Assembly (NCBI GenBank): GCA_963777505.1
Contig: CAVZQN010000011.1
Span: 128,001-192,000, forward strand
Source of the DNA: an uncultured bacterium
GTDB lineage: Bacteria > Acidobacteriota > HRBIN11 > JAKEFK01
Length of the DNA: 64,000 bases
Direction of reading: 5' to 3'
Numbering within the stretch: the stretch's first letter is position 1; each line of letters opens with the position of its first letter. Both the position numbers and the translations under genes were made by a program. A model generated the notes under the pieces. It saw nothing but the letters and a program-made list of their open reading frames with translations, did no database searches and was not told where the DNA came from. Below are positions 45,858-55,107 of the stretch, in pieces.

Positions 45858-46154
45858 TCAGCGGTAGGGTCGCCCGTATTGCACGATTTTTCTGATGAGT
45901 TGGACTTTGAGACGGGCGGTCATTTGTGGGCCTAATTCAAGCTCATCAATCTTACTTTCGATGCGCTTGGTAAATGCGGTTCTTGATGAATGATTCATAA
46001 ATTCGCGTTCTCGAATGCTTCCTAAATACTTTATGATCCGCTGTCTCGGTTTCCCTTTAAGCCTGAAACTTTCCACAAGTACGCAATGGACTGAATATCG
46101 CGTAATCTGCGTTTGACTATCCGCAAGTTTTACGCGTTTAAATCGGATAAACAT
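45858..46154 (-). CDS. basic hypothetical protein resembling the IS1634-family transposase N-terminus
   Basis: MFIR...LVESFRLKGKPRQRIIKYLG pattern; no DDE domain follows. Confidence 0.6.
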   Translation of the reverse strand: MFIRFKRVKLADSQTQITRYSVHCVLVESFRLKGKPRQRIIKYLGSIREREFMNHSSRTAFTKRIESKIDELELGPQMTARLKVQLIRKIVQYGRPYR

Positions 46155-46224
46155 TCTGTTTTCAATCGCTCACTCAAGTGCCTTTAGGTGAAAAGCGTAT
46201 AATAAAGTCGTTCCAAGTAAAGTC

Positions 46225-49200
46225 ATGCCCATCAAAAATAAGAAAACAAAAAAAAAGTCTGACGTCAGAATAAACAGTAAACCACAGGAAGGCAAAGAAC
46301 CAAAAAGTAATAGGTTTCCGATTGTTGGTGTCGGAGCTTCTGCCGGTGGTCTTGAGGCATTTTCTCAATTTCTAAAAGGGCTTCCAGCCGATACCGATAT
46401 GGCATTTGTGTTTGTACAGCATCAGGACCCGAAACATGAAAGCGCGTTGCCGCATCTTTTGAAAAAAGTCTCAAAACTTCCTGTTGACGAAGCTGAAAAT
46501 GGGATGATCGTTGAGCGAAACCGTGTTTATGTTATTCCTCCAAATACAAATATGACGATTGAACGAGGTTATCTTCGTTTGAATCGGCGGGATGCACTAA
46601 GGCCGCATCTACCGATTGATTCCTTTTTTCATTCGTTAGCTGAATATTCAAAGGAGAAAGCGATTGGAGTTATTTTATCCGGTACAGCTTCGGATGGGAC
46701 TCTTGGTTTAAAAGCAATCAAAGATGCTAACGGAATTACATTCGTTCAAGATGAAATAACTGCGAAATATGACGGCATGCCCAGAAGTGCAATTACTGCA
46801 GGTGTTGTAGATTTTGTTCTTCCCCCAGATCAAATAGCCAAGGAAATTGCAAGAATTGGCACGCATCCTTTTGTAAAAACCGAACTGGATGAAGCACTTG
46901 CCAAAGGGCCTGACCATCTGAATGCTATTTTACAACTTGTCCGAAAATCCACAGGCGTGGATTTCAGTCAATATAAGCAGACCACAGTGATGCGGCGAAT
47001 TACGCGGCGTATGCTGCTTCAAAAGATGGATGATATGAAATCGTATTCGGATCATTTAAGACTGAATCCACAGGAAATTGGGGCTCTCTATGAAGATATC
47101 CTCATCAATGTCACAAGTTTTTTCAGGGACCCTGATACGTTTGAAATTTTGAAGACTGAGATTTTTCCGAAAATGTTCAAAAAAACAGGCCCTCGATCTA
47201 TCCGAATTTGGGTTCCTGGATGCTCAACAGGAGAGGAACCTTATTCAATCGCAATTGCTCTGATTGAATACCTTGGAGAACAATCTCCCGGCGCAGAGGT
47301 CCAAATTTTTGCAACAGATATTAGTGAGGCTGCAATTGAAAAAGCTCGCACGGGTATTTTCTCGTATGACATTATCAACGATGTCCGTACGGATCGGTTA
47401 AGGCGATTTTTTGCGAAAACCGAGCACGGTTATCAGGTCCATAAAATGATCCGTGATATGTGCGTTTTTGCCAAACACAATATTGCAAAAGATCCGCCAT
47501 TTTCCAAATTGGATTTAATTAGTTGTAGAAATCTTTTGATTTATTTTGGACCTCATCTTCAGAAAAGGATCATTCCTGTTTTCCATTATGCGCTCAATGG
47601 TAACGGTTATTTGCTGCTGGGTGATACAGAATCGATCGGCGGATTTGGAGATTATTTTTATCCCGGAGATAAGAGATTCAAGATCTTTCTCAAAAAACCG
47701 GTTCCAACAAGAATCCACTATGATACCGACCATTTTTCAAGAGCTCCTGCAATGGCTGAAGCTACAATAAAACATTTACATGAGCCTCCAACAGAGAAGG
47801 ATGTCCTCAAAGAAGGCGATCGTCTCATTCTGTCAAGATTCGCGCCCGCTTCCGTACTCGTGAATGAAGATCTTCAGATTTTACAATTTAGAGGCCGGAC
47901 AGGCCCTTATCTGGAACCGACCCCAGGCACGGCCAGTTTGAATTTACTCAAAATGGCAAAAGAAGGGATCGTGATGGAAGTTCGCTCCGTATTTCTTCAG
48001 GCTAAGAAGGAAAATATTCCGGTTCAGAGAAGAAATGTTTCGTATCAAGTGGATGGTGAACGGCGCATTGTAAATCTAGAAGTTATTCCTTTTCAACCGG
48101 GACATTCCTCGGATCGCTTTTTTCTGATTCTGTTTGATCCCGTTGTACTCAATAAAAACGCGACGAAAGAACCTGAAAGGAAAAAGACTATAAAACAAAA
48201 ATCTTCAGGTGAAGCCGAATTATTGAGAAGTGAACTTGCGGCAACAAAAGATTATTTGCAATCGATTATCGAAGAACAAGAAGCGACAAATGAAGAATTA
48301 AGAGCAGCAAATGAAGAAATCCTTTCGAGCAACGAAGAGTTGCAGAGTACCAATGAAGAAATGGAAACAGCAAAGGAGGAACTTCAATCTTCGAATGAAG
48401 AATTGACTACGGTTAATGAAGAACTCCAGATCCGGAATACTGAGTTGAACATGGCCAATAATGATGTCAGCAATTTGATTTCCTCGACTCAAATTCCGAT
48501 TGTAATGGTCGGCTCCGACATGCGTATTCGTCGATTTACACCTCCTGCAGAAAAAATTATGAAGTTGATCGTATCAGATGTGGGCCGAATGATCACAGAT
48601 ATAAGTTTAGAAATAACTCCGGCAAAACTGGAAGAATGGATCACCGATGTGATTGATAATATTCGGATCAAGGAAGTTGAAGTCCAGGATCGATCTGGCC
48701 GTTGGTACGAACTGGTGATTCGGCCTTATAAGACTTCAGACAATAAGATTGAGGGAGCCGTGCTTGCGATGATCGACATTGATGCTCTCAAAAGGGATGT
48801 GAACGAATTTCAAAAATATCAGCACTATTGCGAAGCTATCGTGAATTTCCTGGATGCGCCTATCGTTTTGTTAAATGATCAACTAAAAGTAAAAATGGTA
48901 AATCGAAGTTTTTATGAACAGTTTAAGGCTTCACCGGACGAAACGATCAATCGAGATTTTTATGCTCTCGGCAACGGGCAATGGAATATTAAAGATCTTC
49001 GTCAATTACTCCACCAAATCCTTCCGAAAAAAGCGGTGATTGAGAATTATCCTATAGAACATACTTTCGATCACATTGGAAAAAAGCGCTTTTATATTAG
49101 TGCGCGGAGAATTGATTTAAGCGAAATCAACGAACATTTGATTTTGATCGAAATTACAACCCAGCCTTCTGAAAGAAAATCAAAACGGAAACACTCGTAA
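46225..49200 (+). CDS. CheB-CheR fusion with coiled coil and PAS domains
   Basis: GASAGGLEA, VQH, LSGTASDG (CheB); INVTSFFRD, GCSTGEE, FATDI, DLISCRNLLIY (CheR); NEELQSTNEE repeats; PAS. Confidence 0.95.
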   Translation: MPIKNKKTKKKSDVRINSKPQEGKEPKSNRFPIVGVGASAGGLEAFSQFLKGLPADTDMAFVFVQHQDPKHESALPHLLKKVSKLPVDEAENGMIVERNRVYVIPPNTNMTIERGYLRLNRRDALRPHLPIDSFFHSLAEYSKEKAIGVILSGTASDGTLGLKAIKDANGITFVQDEITAKYDGMPRSAITAGVVDFVLPPDQIAKEIARIGTHPFVKTELDEALAKGPDHLNAILQLVRKSTGVDFSQYKQTTVMRRITRRMLLQKMDDMKSYSDHLRLNPQEIGALYEDILINVTSFFRDPDTFEILKTEIFPKMFKKTGPRSIRIWVPGCSTGEEPYSIAIALIEYLGEQSPGAEVQIFATDISEAAIEKARTGIFSYDIINDVRTDRLRRFFAKTEHGYQVHKMIRDMCVFAKHNIAKDPPFSKLDLISCRNLLIYFGPHLQKRIIPVFHYALNGNGYLLLGDTESIGGFGDYFYPGDKRFKIFLKKPVPTRIHYDTDHFSRAPAMAEATIKHLHEPPTEKDVLKEGDRLILSRFAPASVLVNEDLQILQFRGRTGPYLEPTPGTASLNLLKMAKEGIVMEVRSVFLQAKKENIPVQRRNVSYQVDGERRIVNLEVIPFQPGHSSDRFFLILFDPVVLNKNATKEPERKKTIKQKSSGEAELLRSELAATKDYLQSIIEEQEATNEELRAANEEILSSNEELQSTNEEMETAKEELQSSNEELTTVNEELQIRNTELNMANNDVSNLISSTQIPIVMVGSDMRIRRFTPPAEKIMKLIVSDVGRMITDISLEITPAKLEEWITDVIDNIRIKEVEVQDRSGRWYELVIRPYKTSDNKIEGAVLAMIDIDALKRDVNEFQKYQHYCEAIVNFLDAPIVLLNDQLKVKMVNRSFYEQFKASPDETINRDFYALGNGQWNIKDLRQLLHQILPKKAVIENYPIEHTFDHIGKKRFYISARRIDLSEINEHLILIEITTQPSERKSKRKHS

Positions 49201-49270
49201 TAGCCTTCGGACTTTCACTCGTATAGCAGACCTCATCAAACAGCCATATATTCCCAGAAGAGGATTTTAG

Positions 49271-50440
49271 ATGGCAAATCGCGATATCGTGGTCATTGGA
49301 GCTTCAGCAGGAGGGGTGGATGCATTGCGAAAGTTGGTAGCTCAACTTCCAAAAGACGTTCGAGCGTCTATCTTTGTGGTTTTACACGTATCTGCACATT
49401 TGCCAAGTCACCTTCCACAGATTCTGCGGAATTCAGCTAAAATTCCCGCTGAACATGCTAAAGATGGTGTCAAAAATAGAACCCGGTAGAATTTATATTG
49501 CGCCGCCCGATCATCATATGTTTTTGCAGGAGGAAGGTGTCAGGGTTGTTCGTGGTCCGAAAGAAAATCGGCACCGTCCGGCTATAGATCCGCTATTCCG
49601 TTCTGCGGCATACGCATACGGTCCCAGAGTAATTGGAATTCTCTTGTCTGGAAATTTAGATGATGGTACTGCGGGCTTTATCGCTATAAAACAAGCTGGC
49701 GGAATTTTGATGGTCCAATCCCCGGAAGATGCAGCTTATCCTGAGATGCCTATGAATGCTGCAAGAACTGTTGGTGTGGATCATATCCTTCCTCTATCAG
49801 AACTTGTTGAGCAGCTCCTAAAAATTATTAATCAAGACCTGCCCGATTCCTCCTTAAAACCTTCAGCCGGTGCAAAAGAAGAACTTGAAGAAAAAAAGAG
49901 TGAATTCGATCTTGAAGCCATTTCCAGGGATGAAGGTTGGGGGTGCCATCGGTTTATGCTTGTCCGGACTGTAAAGGTGTTCTTTTTGAAATCAAGGAAG
50001 AAGAATTTGTTCGCTTTCGATGCCGGGTAGGACATGCATACTCACCCGAAAGTTTGGCGATTCAGCAAGGAGAAGTGATTGAGGAGGCATTGTGGACGGC
50101 ATTAACAACTCTTGAAGAGCGTGCAAGTTTTTTGCGAAAAATGACGTCAGGATTACACACCAAGAAATATCCAACAACCTTAAGTATCCATGAAAAAAGA
50201 TTGAAAGATGTTGAAGAAGCAGCGGCAATTCGAAAAATTCTATTAGATTCTGAGCATTATTCCGGTTTAAGACCCACCGAAAAAGAATTAGACTCGAAAA
50301 CAAGTTACGTCCAGCGTGACAATTGCCTTTCAGAAAGTGACATCAGATTTGCGAAAATCTCGATAGTACACTTAGCCAAATACGATCAAACTGGAATAGA
50401 ACAATTACTTGAGGTGAACAATGAAATCTACATGCTCTGA
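49271..50440 (+). CDS. cheB: stand-alone CheB methylesterase with C-terminal CxxC..CxxxH domain, split by two indels (about 49472 and 49933)
   Basis: GASAGG, VLH; next frame IYIAPPDHH, HRPAIDPLF, LSGNLDDG; third frame YACPDCKG..FRCRVGH..ALWTAL. C-terminal end uncertain. Confidence 0.85.
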
Positions 50441-50852
50441 AATTATGACCAGTGAAGTCGTAGTCGTTTCTTCAACCGATACAGTTCAAAAAGCTGCAGA
50501 ACTGATGAAGCAGCATGACATTGGACCGCTGCCTGTTGTTGAAGATGAAGCATCAAGAAAGCTGATCGGAATCATTACAGATAGAGATATTGTGATAAAC
50601 GTTTTAGCGCAGAAAAAGGATGCATCAAAAACGCGAGTATCGGAAGCCATGACTTCGAGTCTTGTAACCTGCCGTGAATCGGAATCTTTAAACGAAGCCC
50701 TGGAGAAAATGAGCAGTTATCAAGTGCGCCGGATTCCAGTTGTTGATGAAAACAATCGGATCGTTGGAATTATTGCTCAGGCTGATATTGCAACCAGAAT
50801 TGAGAATCCGGAAGTTGCGGGCGAAGTCGTCCAGGAAGTTTCGAAGGAATAA
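50421..50852 (+). CDS. CBS domain pair protein
   Basis: DIGPLPVV, GIITDRDI, QVRRIPVV, GIIAQAD; GAGGTG RBS. Confidence 0.93.
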   Translation: MKSTCSEIMTSEVVVVSSTDTVQKAAELMKQHDIGPLPVVEDEASRKLIGIITDRDIVINVLAQKKDASKTRVSEAMTSSLVTCRESESLNEALEKMSSYQVRRIPVVDENNRIVGIIAQADIATRIENPEVAGEVVQEVSKE

Positions 50853-50868
50853 TCTGGCGTTTTTGCGG

Positions 50869-51828
50869 TTAAACAATTCCGCTCAAATCAACACGTTTTT
50901 TGCCGAGTACTGGTTTCCAGAGATCGCCGACTTTTTTTAAACGTGCAGGAACGGTGTCAATGCGAAAAGCTTCCATATCGACGCCCGCTTCAATTTCTTC
51001 CCATGTTACGGGTGTTGATACTGTTGCGCGGGGAGTGGGGCGGATTGAGTAAATCGAAGAAAGTGTGCTGCCCCATCTGTTTTGATTGTAATCAACAAGT
51101 ACATGTTTTGGTGGACGCTTTTCCTTACGATACTCTGCCGTGAGCAATTTCGGATGCAAATCTGCAAGAATTTGCGCCATTGTTTTAGCCACAGTCCAAA
51201 CATCCTTTTGAATCGGTCCTCGCTCGATTGGAACATATATATGAATTCCGCGTGAACCGGTGGTCTTTGCAAAATTTGGAAGCTTGTATGAACTCAATAA
51301 TTCGTGAACAGCTAATGCTGCATCACGCATATGCGAAAATTCTGCGCCCGGCGTTGGATCTAAATCAAAGTGTAAAAAATCGGGACGATTATAATCATCC
51401 TGTCGCGCATACCAGGGATTTAAATCAATGCAGCCCAGGTTAATCAACCACATCAGTGAAGCCAAATCTTGAATGACAGGGAAGTCAATAATATTTCCTG
51501 ATCCATGAACGATTTCGCATGTTTCAATCCAATCAGGACGCGGCACTGGAGCGCGCTTCATGTAAAAAAAGTCAGCTTCAGCTCCGTTCGGATAGCGTTT
51601 CATTACCATCGGGCGATCTTGAATGTGTGGCAAAAGATATTTTGAAACGTCTGCATAATACTGAAGCAGATCCCCCTTCGTAATATGAAGTTTTTTCCAG
51701 AAAATTTTGTTCAGATTCGTAACTCGAACGCTTCTTCCATTGACGAGTAATTCGGTATTTTCCGAGTCTCTTGGAATGACCAATTGTCGCGATGCCTTTC
51801 CCTTGGATAATGACCGTTTTGCTGGCAT
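50869..51828 (-). CDS. LigD-type primase-polymerase domain protein (stand-alone)
   Basis: TKGDLLQYY, KRYPNG, FDLDP, KTTGSRGIH, DYNQN, YSIRP, VSTPVTWEE. Confidence 0.92.
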   Translation of the reverse strand: MPAKRSLSKGKASRQLVIPRDSENTELLVNGRSVRVTNLNKIFWKKLHITKGDLLQYYADVSKYLLPHIQDRPMVMKRYPNGAEADFFYMKRAPVPRPDWIETCEIVHGSGNIIDFPVIQDLASLMWLINLGCIDLNPWYARQDDYNRPDFLHFDLDPTPGAEFSHMRDAALAVHELLSSYKLPNFAKTTGSRGIHIYVPIERGPIQKDVWTVAKTMAQILADLHPKLLTAEYRKEKRPPKHVLVDYNQNRWGSTLSSIYSIRPTPRATVSTPVTWEEIEAGVDMEAFRIDTVPARLKKVGDLWKPVLGKKRVDLSGIV

Positions 51829-51846
51829 GTATTAAACTTAGAGTGT

Positions 51847-52569
51847 ATGGAACAACGCCGCAAAAGGAAAGTTAGAGATCCTGAAGTCGATCGTGTCATT
51901 TTGTCCTTATGGAATGTCATTGATGATCTTGAGCGGCTATTGCCATCTCAGTCCCGTTGGTATCGGGTTACTATTTTTGGAAGCAGCCGGATTGCGCGGG
52001 GTGATGCACTTTTTGAGACTGCAAAAGATATTGCGTTTCAGTTAACTCATCTTGGTTGCGATATTGTGACAGGCGGTGGTCCGGGCTTGATGGAAGCAGC
52101 CAATGAAGGAGCCCAGGCTGGAGATTTAGCCGGCAAAACAATGTCATATGGTTTGCATATTGAATTGCCCTATGAATACGAGCCGAACAAGTATCTGGAT
52201 ACAGTGGCTACTCATAGAACATTTTTTTCGCGATTGCATCATTTTGTCCGTCTTTCTCACGCGTACATAGTCTTACCTGGAGGGATCGGAACATCGCTTG
52301 AAACCTTTATGATCTGGCAGCTACTTCAAGTCGGATATTTGCAGGATCGCCCTCTTATTTTGCTGGGTGAAATGTGGCATGGTTTAGTTGAATGGATGCG
52401 TAAGGAGATGATTTCTCGTGGGGTTCTGAATCTGGATGAACTGGCTATTCCCACGGTTGTTGAAAGCGTGGAAGAGGCGGTTCAGATCATAAAGGCCCAT
52501 AAGGCAAAATGGGATCAAACGATGCAGACCGCTGCCGGTGCAACTTCTAAAAAATTAGGTGTACAATAG
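51847..52569 (+). CDS. LOG family (TIGR00730-like) nucleotide-binding protein
   Basis: VTIFGSSR, TGGGPGLMEAAN, PGGIGTSLE. Confidence 0.9.
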   Translation: MEQRRKRKVRDPEVDRVILSLWNVIDDLERLLPSQSRWYRVTIFGSSRIARGDALFETAKDIAFQLTHLGCDIVTGGGPGLMEAANEGAQAGDLAGKTMSYGLHIELPYEYEPNKYLDTVATHRTFFSRLHHFVRLSHAYIVLPGGIGTSLETFMIWQLLQVGYLQDRPLILLGEMWHGLVEWMRKEMISRGVLNLDELAIPTVVESVEEAVQIIKAHKAKWDQTMQTAAGATSKKLGVQ

Positions 52570-52663
52570 AGTCGGGTGAACGTTTGTCGTACTATGAATC
52601 TCGCAAAGACGCAAATACGATAAAGCGCGGCGAGAGATTTTTGATACTGGAGGTTTTTTGGGG

Positions 52664-53419
52664 ATGCGTGATTATGAAGAAAAGAGCTATTACGAAATTC
52701 AGCTCGATAACAAACAATTAATTCTTGTCTTTCTAGCGGGTGTTACTGTTTGCGTTCTGGTTTTTGTCCTGGGCATGATGGTAGGAAAGGGCAGGAAAGA
52801 AGCTGAAATCGCTTCAGTTGGTAAAACCAATGAAACACCTGCAGCAACCAGACCTGAACCTGATTTAGAACCTCCACAAGAGATTCAATCAGTTACTCCT
52901 TCTAAGGAAAGTGCAAAGAAGAAAAAAGAGGCTCCACCAAATATAGAAGAGGCCGATAACGACGAATATACGTATCTTGAAAATACAGACACCGAACGAC
53001 CTATGGTGAAAGAGCCATCTAAGGCGAAAAAAGAAGAAACGAAATCGAAAAAAGAAGAAACAAAAGTAGCAGCGAAGAAAGAAGAGCCTAAAACTGAAGC
53101 AAAAATTACTGAGAAGAAACCGGAACCAGAAGTGATCCAACCTGCTGTTGATCAAGCTAAACCTGAGACTGTATTAAGCGCAAACGGACGGTACACTGTT
53201 CAAGTTATGGCGACATCCTCAAAACCGAAAGCGGAAGCACAGTTGGCTTCACTTCAATCGAAAGGGTATACGGCTTTTATGAATGAAGAGAAAGCTGCTG
53301 GGAGCGCTGTCTTTAAAGTACGTGTCGGGAAGTTCACTGATCCAGATACTGCGAAGAAAACTGCGGTAAGGTTAAAACAGGAACTGCAACTTGAGACGTG
53401 GGTGGCAGTTCTCGATTAG
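52664..53419 (+). CDS. SPOR domain membrane protein (DedD/FtsN-like)
   Basis: N-terminal TM; K/E/P-rich linker; YTVQVMA..FKVRVG SPOR domain. Confidence 0.88.
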   Translation: MRDYEEKSYYEIQLDNKQLILVFLAGVTVCVLVFVLGMMVGKGRKEAEIASVGKTNETPAATRPEPDLEPPQEIQSVTPSKESAKKKKEAPPNIEEADNDEYTYLENTDTERPMVKEPSKAKKEETKSKKEETKVAAKKEEPKTEAKITEKKPEPEVIQPAVDQAKPETVLSANGRYTVQVMATSSKPKAEAQLASLQSKGYTAFMNEEKAAGSAVFKVRVGKFTDPDTAKKTAVRLKQELQLETWVAVLD

Positions 53420-53421
53420 AT

Positions 53422-55107
53422 ATGGTTTCTCCCACCAAGAACCGGAAACTGTTGGGTGAAGTTCTTGTTGAAGCCGGTTTAATTGATAAAGAGCAGCTCA
53501 AGGCAGCTCTAATCGCGCAGAAAGAAACCGGCGGACGACTCGGATTCAATCTTGTCCGGCTTGGATATCTATCCTCCGATAAACTCACTTCATTTTTCCA
53601 GAATTTCTTTGGAGTTGGTGTTGTTAGTGAGCCTCTTTCAGAACGTCAAAAAGCTTCTGATGCAATTCCCAGACATCTGGCACTGTACTACAAAATTGCT
53701 CCAATCAAGATTGATGGGAATATCCTGACAATCGCTATCGCCGCGATTGAACACCCGAATCTCATGCAGGCTCTGGAAGAAATCACCGGCTACAAAATCG
53801 ATGCGCTTATTTTTCCCGAATCCGAAATACGAAGTTTGTTGGATACTTCGTATCAAATTCCATCGGATCGCGGTGTGGAATTGCTTACCTTCAGCGATAA
53901 TGTTTTTGCGGTTGTAGATTCCCAACGGAAAATAAAACCTCTTGCACCAGTCCAACTTAAAAATGAAAAGGATATTGGTGAATGGCTTCGAAGTATCGTT
54001 GCCGAAGCGATTCGGGAAAAATCGCGGGAGATTTTAGTTAAGCCCGAAGCCGAAGGCGCTTCGATTTCGTATCGAAAGGATACTTTTATTCCTTCCGGGG
54101 TTCTTATTCCTTCTGACTTGCATGATCATCTGACATTTTTATTGTTTCGTCTCGCAAGATTAAATCCATTACAGCAGCAAAAACCTCAACATGGGAGATT
54201 TCTTGTCAAAATTAACGATCGAAAAATCCTGATGGTCGTTAGTGCGTATCCTACAATTTATGGAATCCGTTTCATGCTTGAAATGTTTGACGAAAAATTG
54301 TTGCGTCATTCTTTTGAAGACATGATGCGGCCTTATCCGGATTTAAAATTGTTGCTAGAAGATTTTGTAATGCGGGCGCGGAAGGGAATGATTGTAATTA
54401 CCGGACCAGAAGGCGCGGGACGTGCTTCGCTTTTATATAGCTTTCTAAGCCGTTGTAAGGAAGAATTCCGGCAGATTATTACGCTAGAGAATTCAGTCAG
54501 ATATCCGATCAGTGGGATCAGTCAAACGCAGGTCAATGAAAAAGACATGGAAATGGCGCTTGATAACGTGCTGAAACAGCGTCCTGAACTCGTTGCCGTT
54601 CATACCATTCGCACGGTTCGCGCTGCTGAGCTGTCTTTCCTATTGACCGCACGGCTTCCGCTTGTTGTAGTGCTGAATTCCTATGATTCGTATATGGCCT
54701 TAGAATGGTTTTGCCGGCATAATCTGAAGTCAGCAATTAAAGCCGGCCTTGTGCACGCAGTTATTTCCCCACGATTGATTCCGCGAATTTGTCCAAACTG
54801 TGCTGTCCCATTCAGGCTTTCAACGGAACAAACGAGGGATTTGGGTGTGCCACCTGGTTCGCAATTGAAAATGAATCAGGGCTGCGATTTTTGCAGAAAT
54901 CCGGATAATCATCTTTCCGATCTAATTCTGGAATCTATACGTCCAGATTTTGAAATGGCAGCATGGATGGAAGAGGATTTTCATGCAACCAGTCTTCGGC
55001 AAAAAGCACGCAAAGCCGGACGCAGAACTCTGTTTGACATCGCTTTGCAAAGTGCTTTCCGGGGCGGATTGGATATGCAATCGGTACTGAAATTACAATC
55101 GGTTTGA
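53422..55107 (+). CDS. GspE/PilB-like protein with MshEN domain and degenerate ATPase motifs
   Basis: LLGEVLVEAGLI..QLKAAL..Q..RLG MshEN; Walker A GPEGAGRAS; CPNC..CDFC zinc motif. Confidence 0.85.
   Translation: MVSPTKNRKLLGEVLVEAGLIDKEQLKAALIAQKETGGRLGFNLVRLGYLSSDKLTSFFQNFFGVGVVSEPLSERQKASDAIPRHLALYYKIAPIKIDGNILTIAIAAIEHPNLMQALEEITGYKIDALIFPESEIRSLLDTSYQIPSDRGVELLTFSDNVFAVVDSQRKIKPLAPVQLKNEKDIGEWLRSIVAEAIREKSREILVKPEAEGASISYRKDTFIPSGVLIPSDLHDHLTFLLFRLARLNPLQQQKPQHGRFLVKINDRKILMVVSAYPTIYGIRFMLEMFDEKLLRHSFEDMMRPYPDLKLLLEDFVMRARKGMIVITGPEGAGRASLLYSFLSRCKEEFRQIITLENSVRYPISGISQTQVNEKDMEMALDNVLKQRPELVAVHTIRTVRAAELSFLLTARLPLVVVLNSYDSYMALEWFCRHNLKSAIKAGLVHAVISPRLIPRICPNCAVPFRLSTEQTRDLGVPPGSQLKMNQGCDFCRNPDNHLSDLILESIRPDFEMAAWMEEDFHATSLRQKARKAGRRTLFDIALQSAFRGGLDMQSVLKLQSV

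Noticed and set aside
48270-48450. AATGAAGAA periodic repeats (also about 57760-57900)
   Set aside because: They encode the NEEL heptad coiled coil typical of CheB/CheR fusions.
49465-49945. Programmed frameshifting in cheB, mlaD and the methyltransferase
   Set aside because: No recognisable recoding signals; assembly indels are the simpler explanation.
50869-51828. Complete NHEJ locus
   Set aside because: Only the polymerase domain is present; no Ku or ligase domain in the window.
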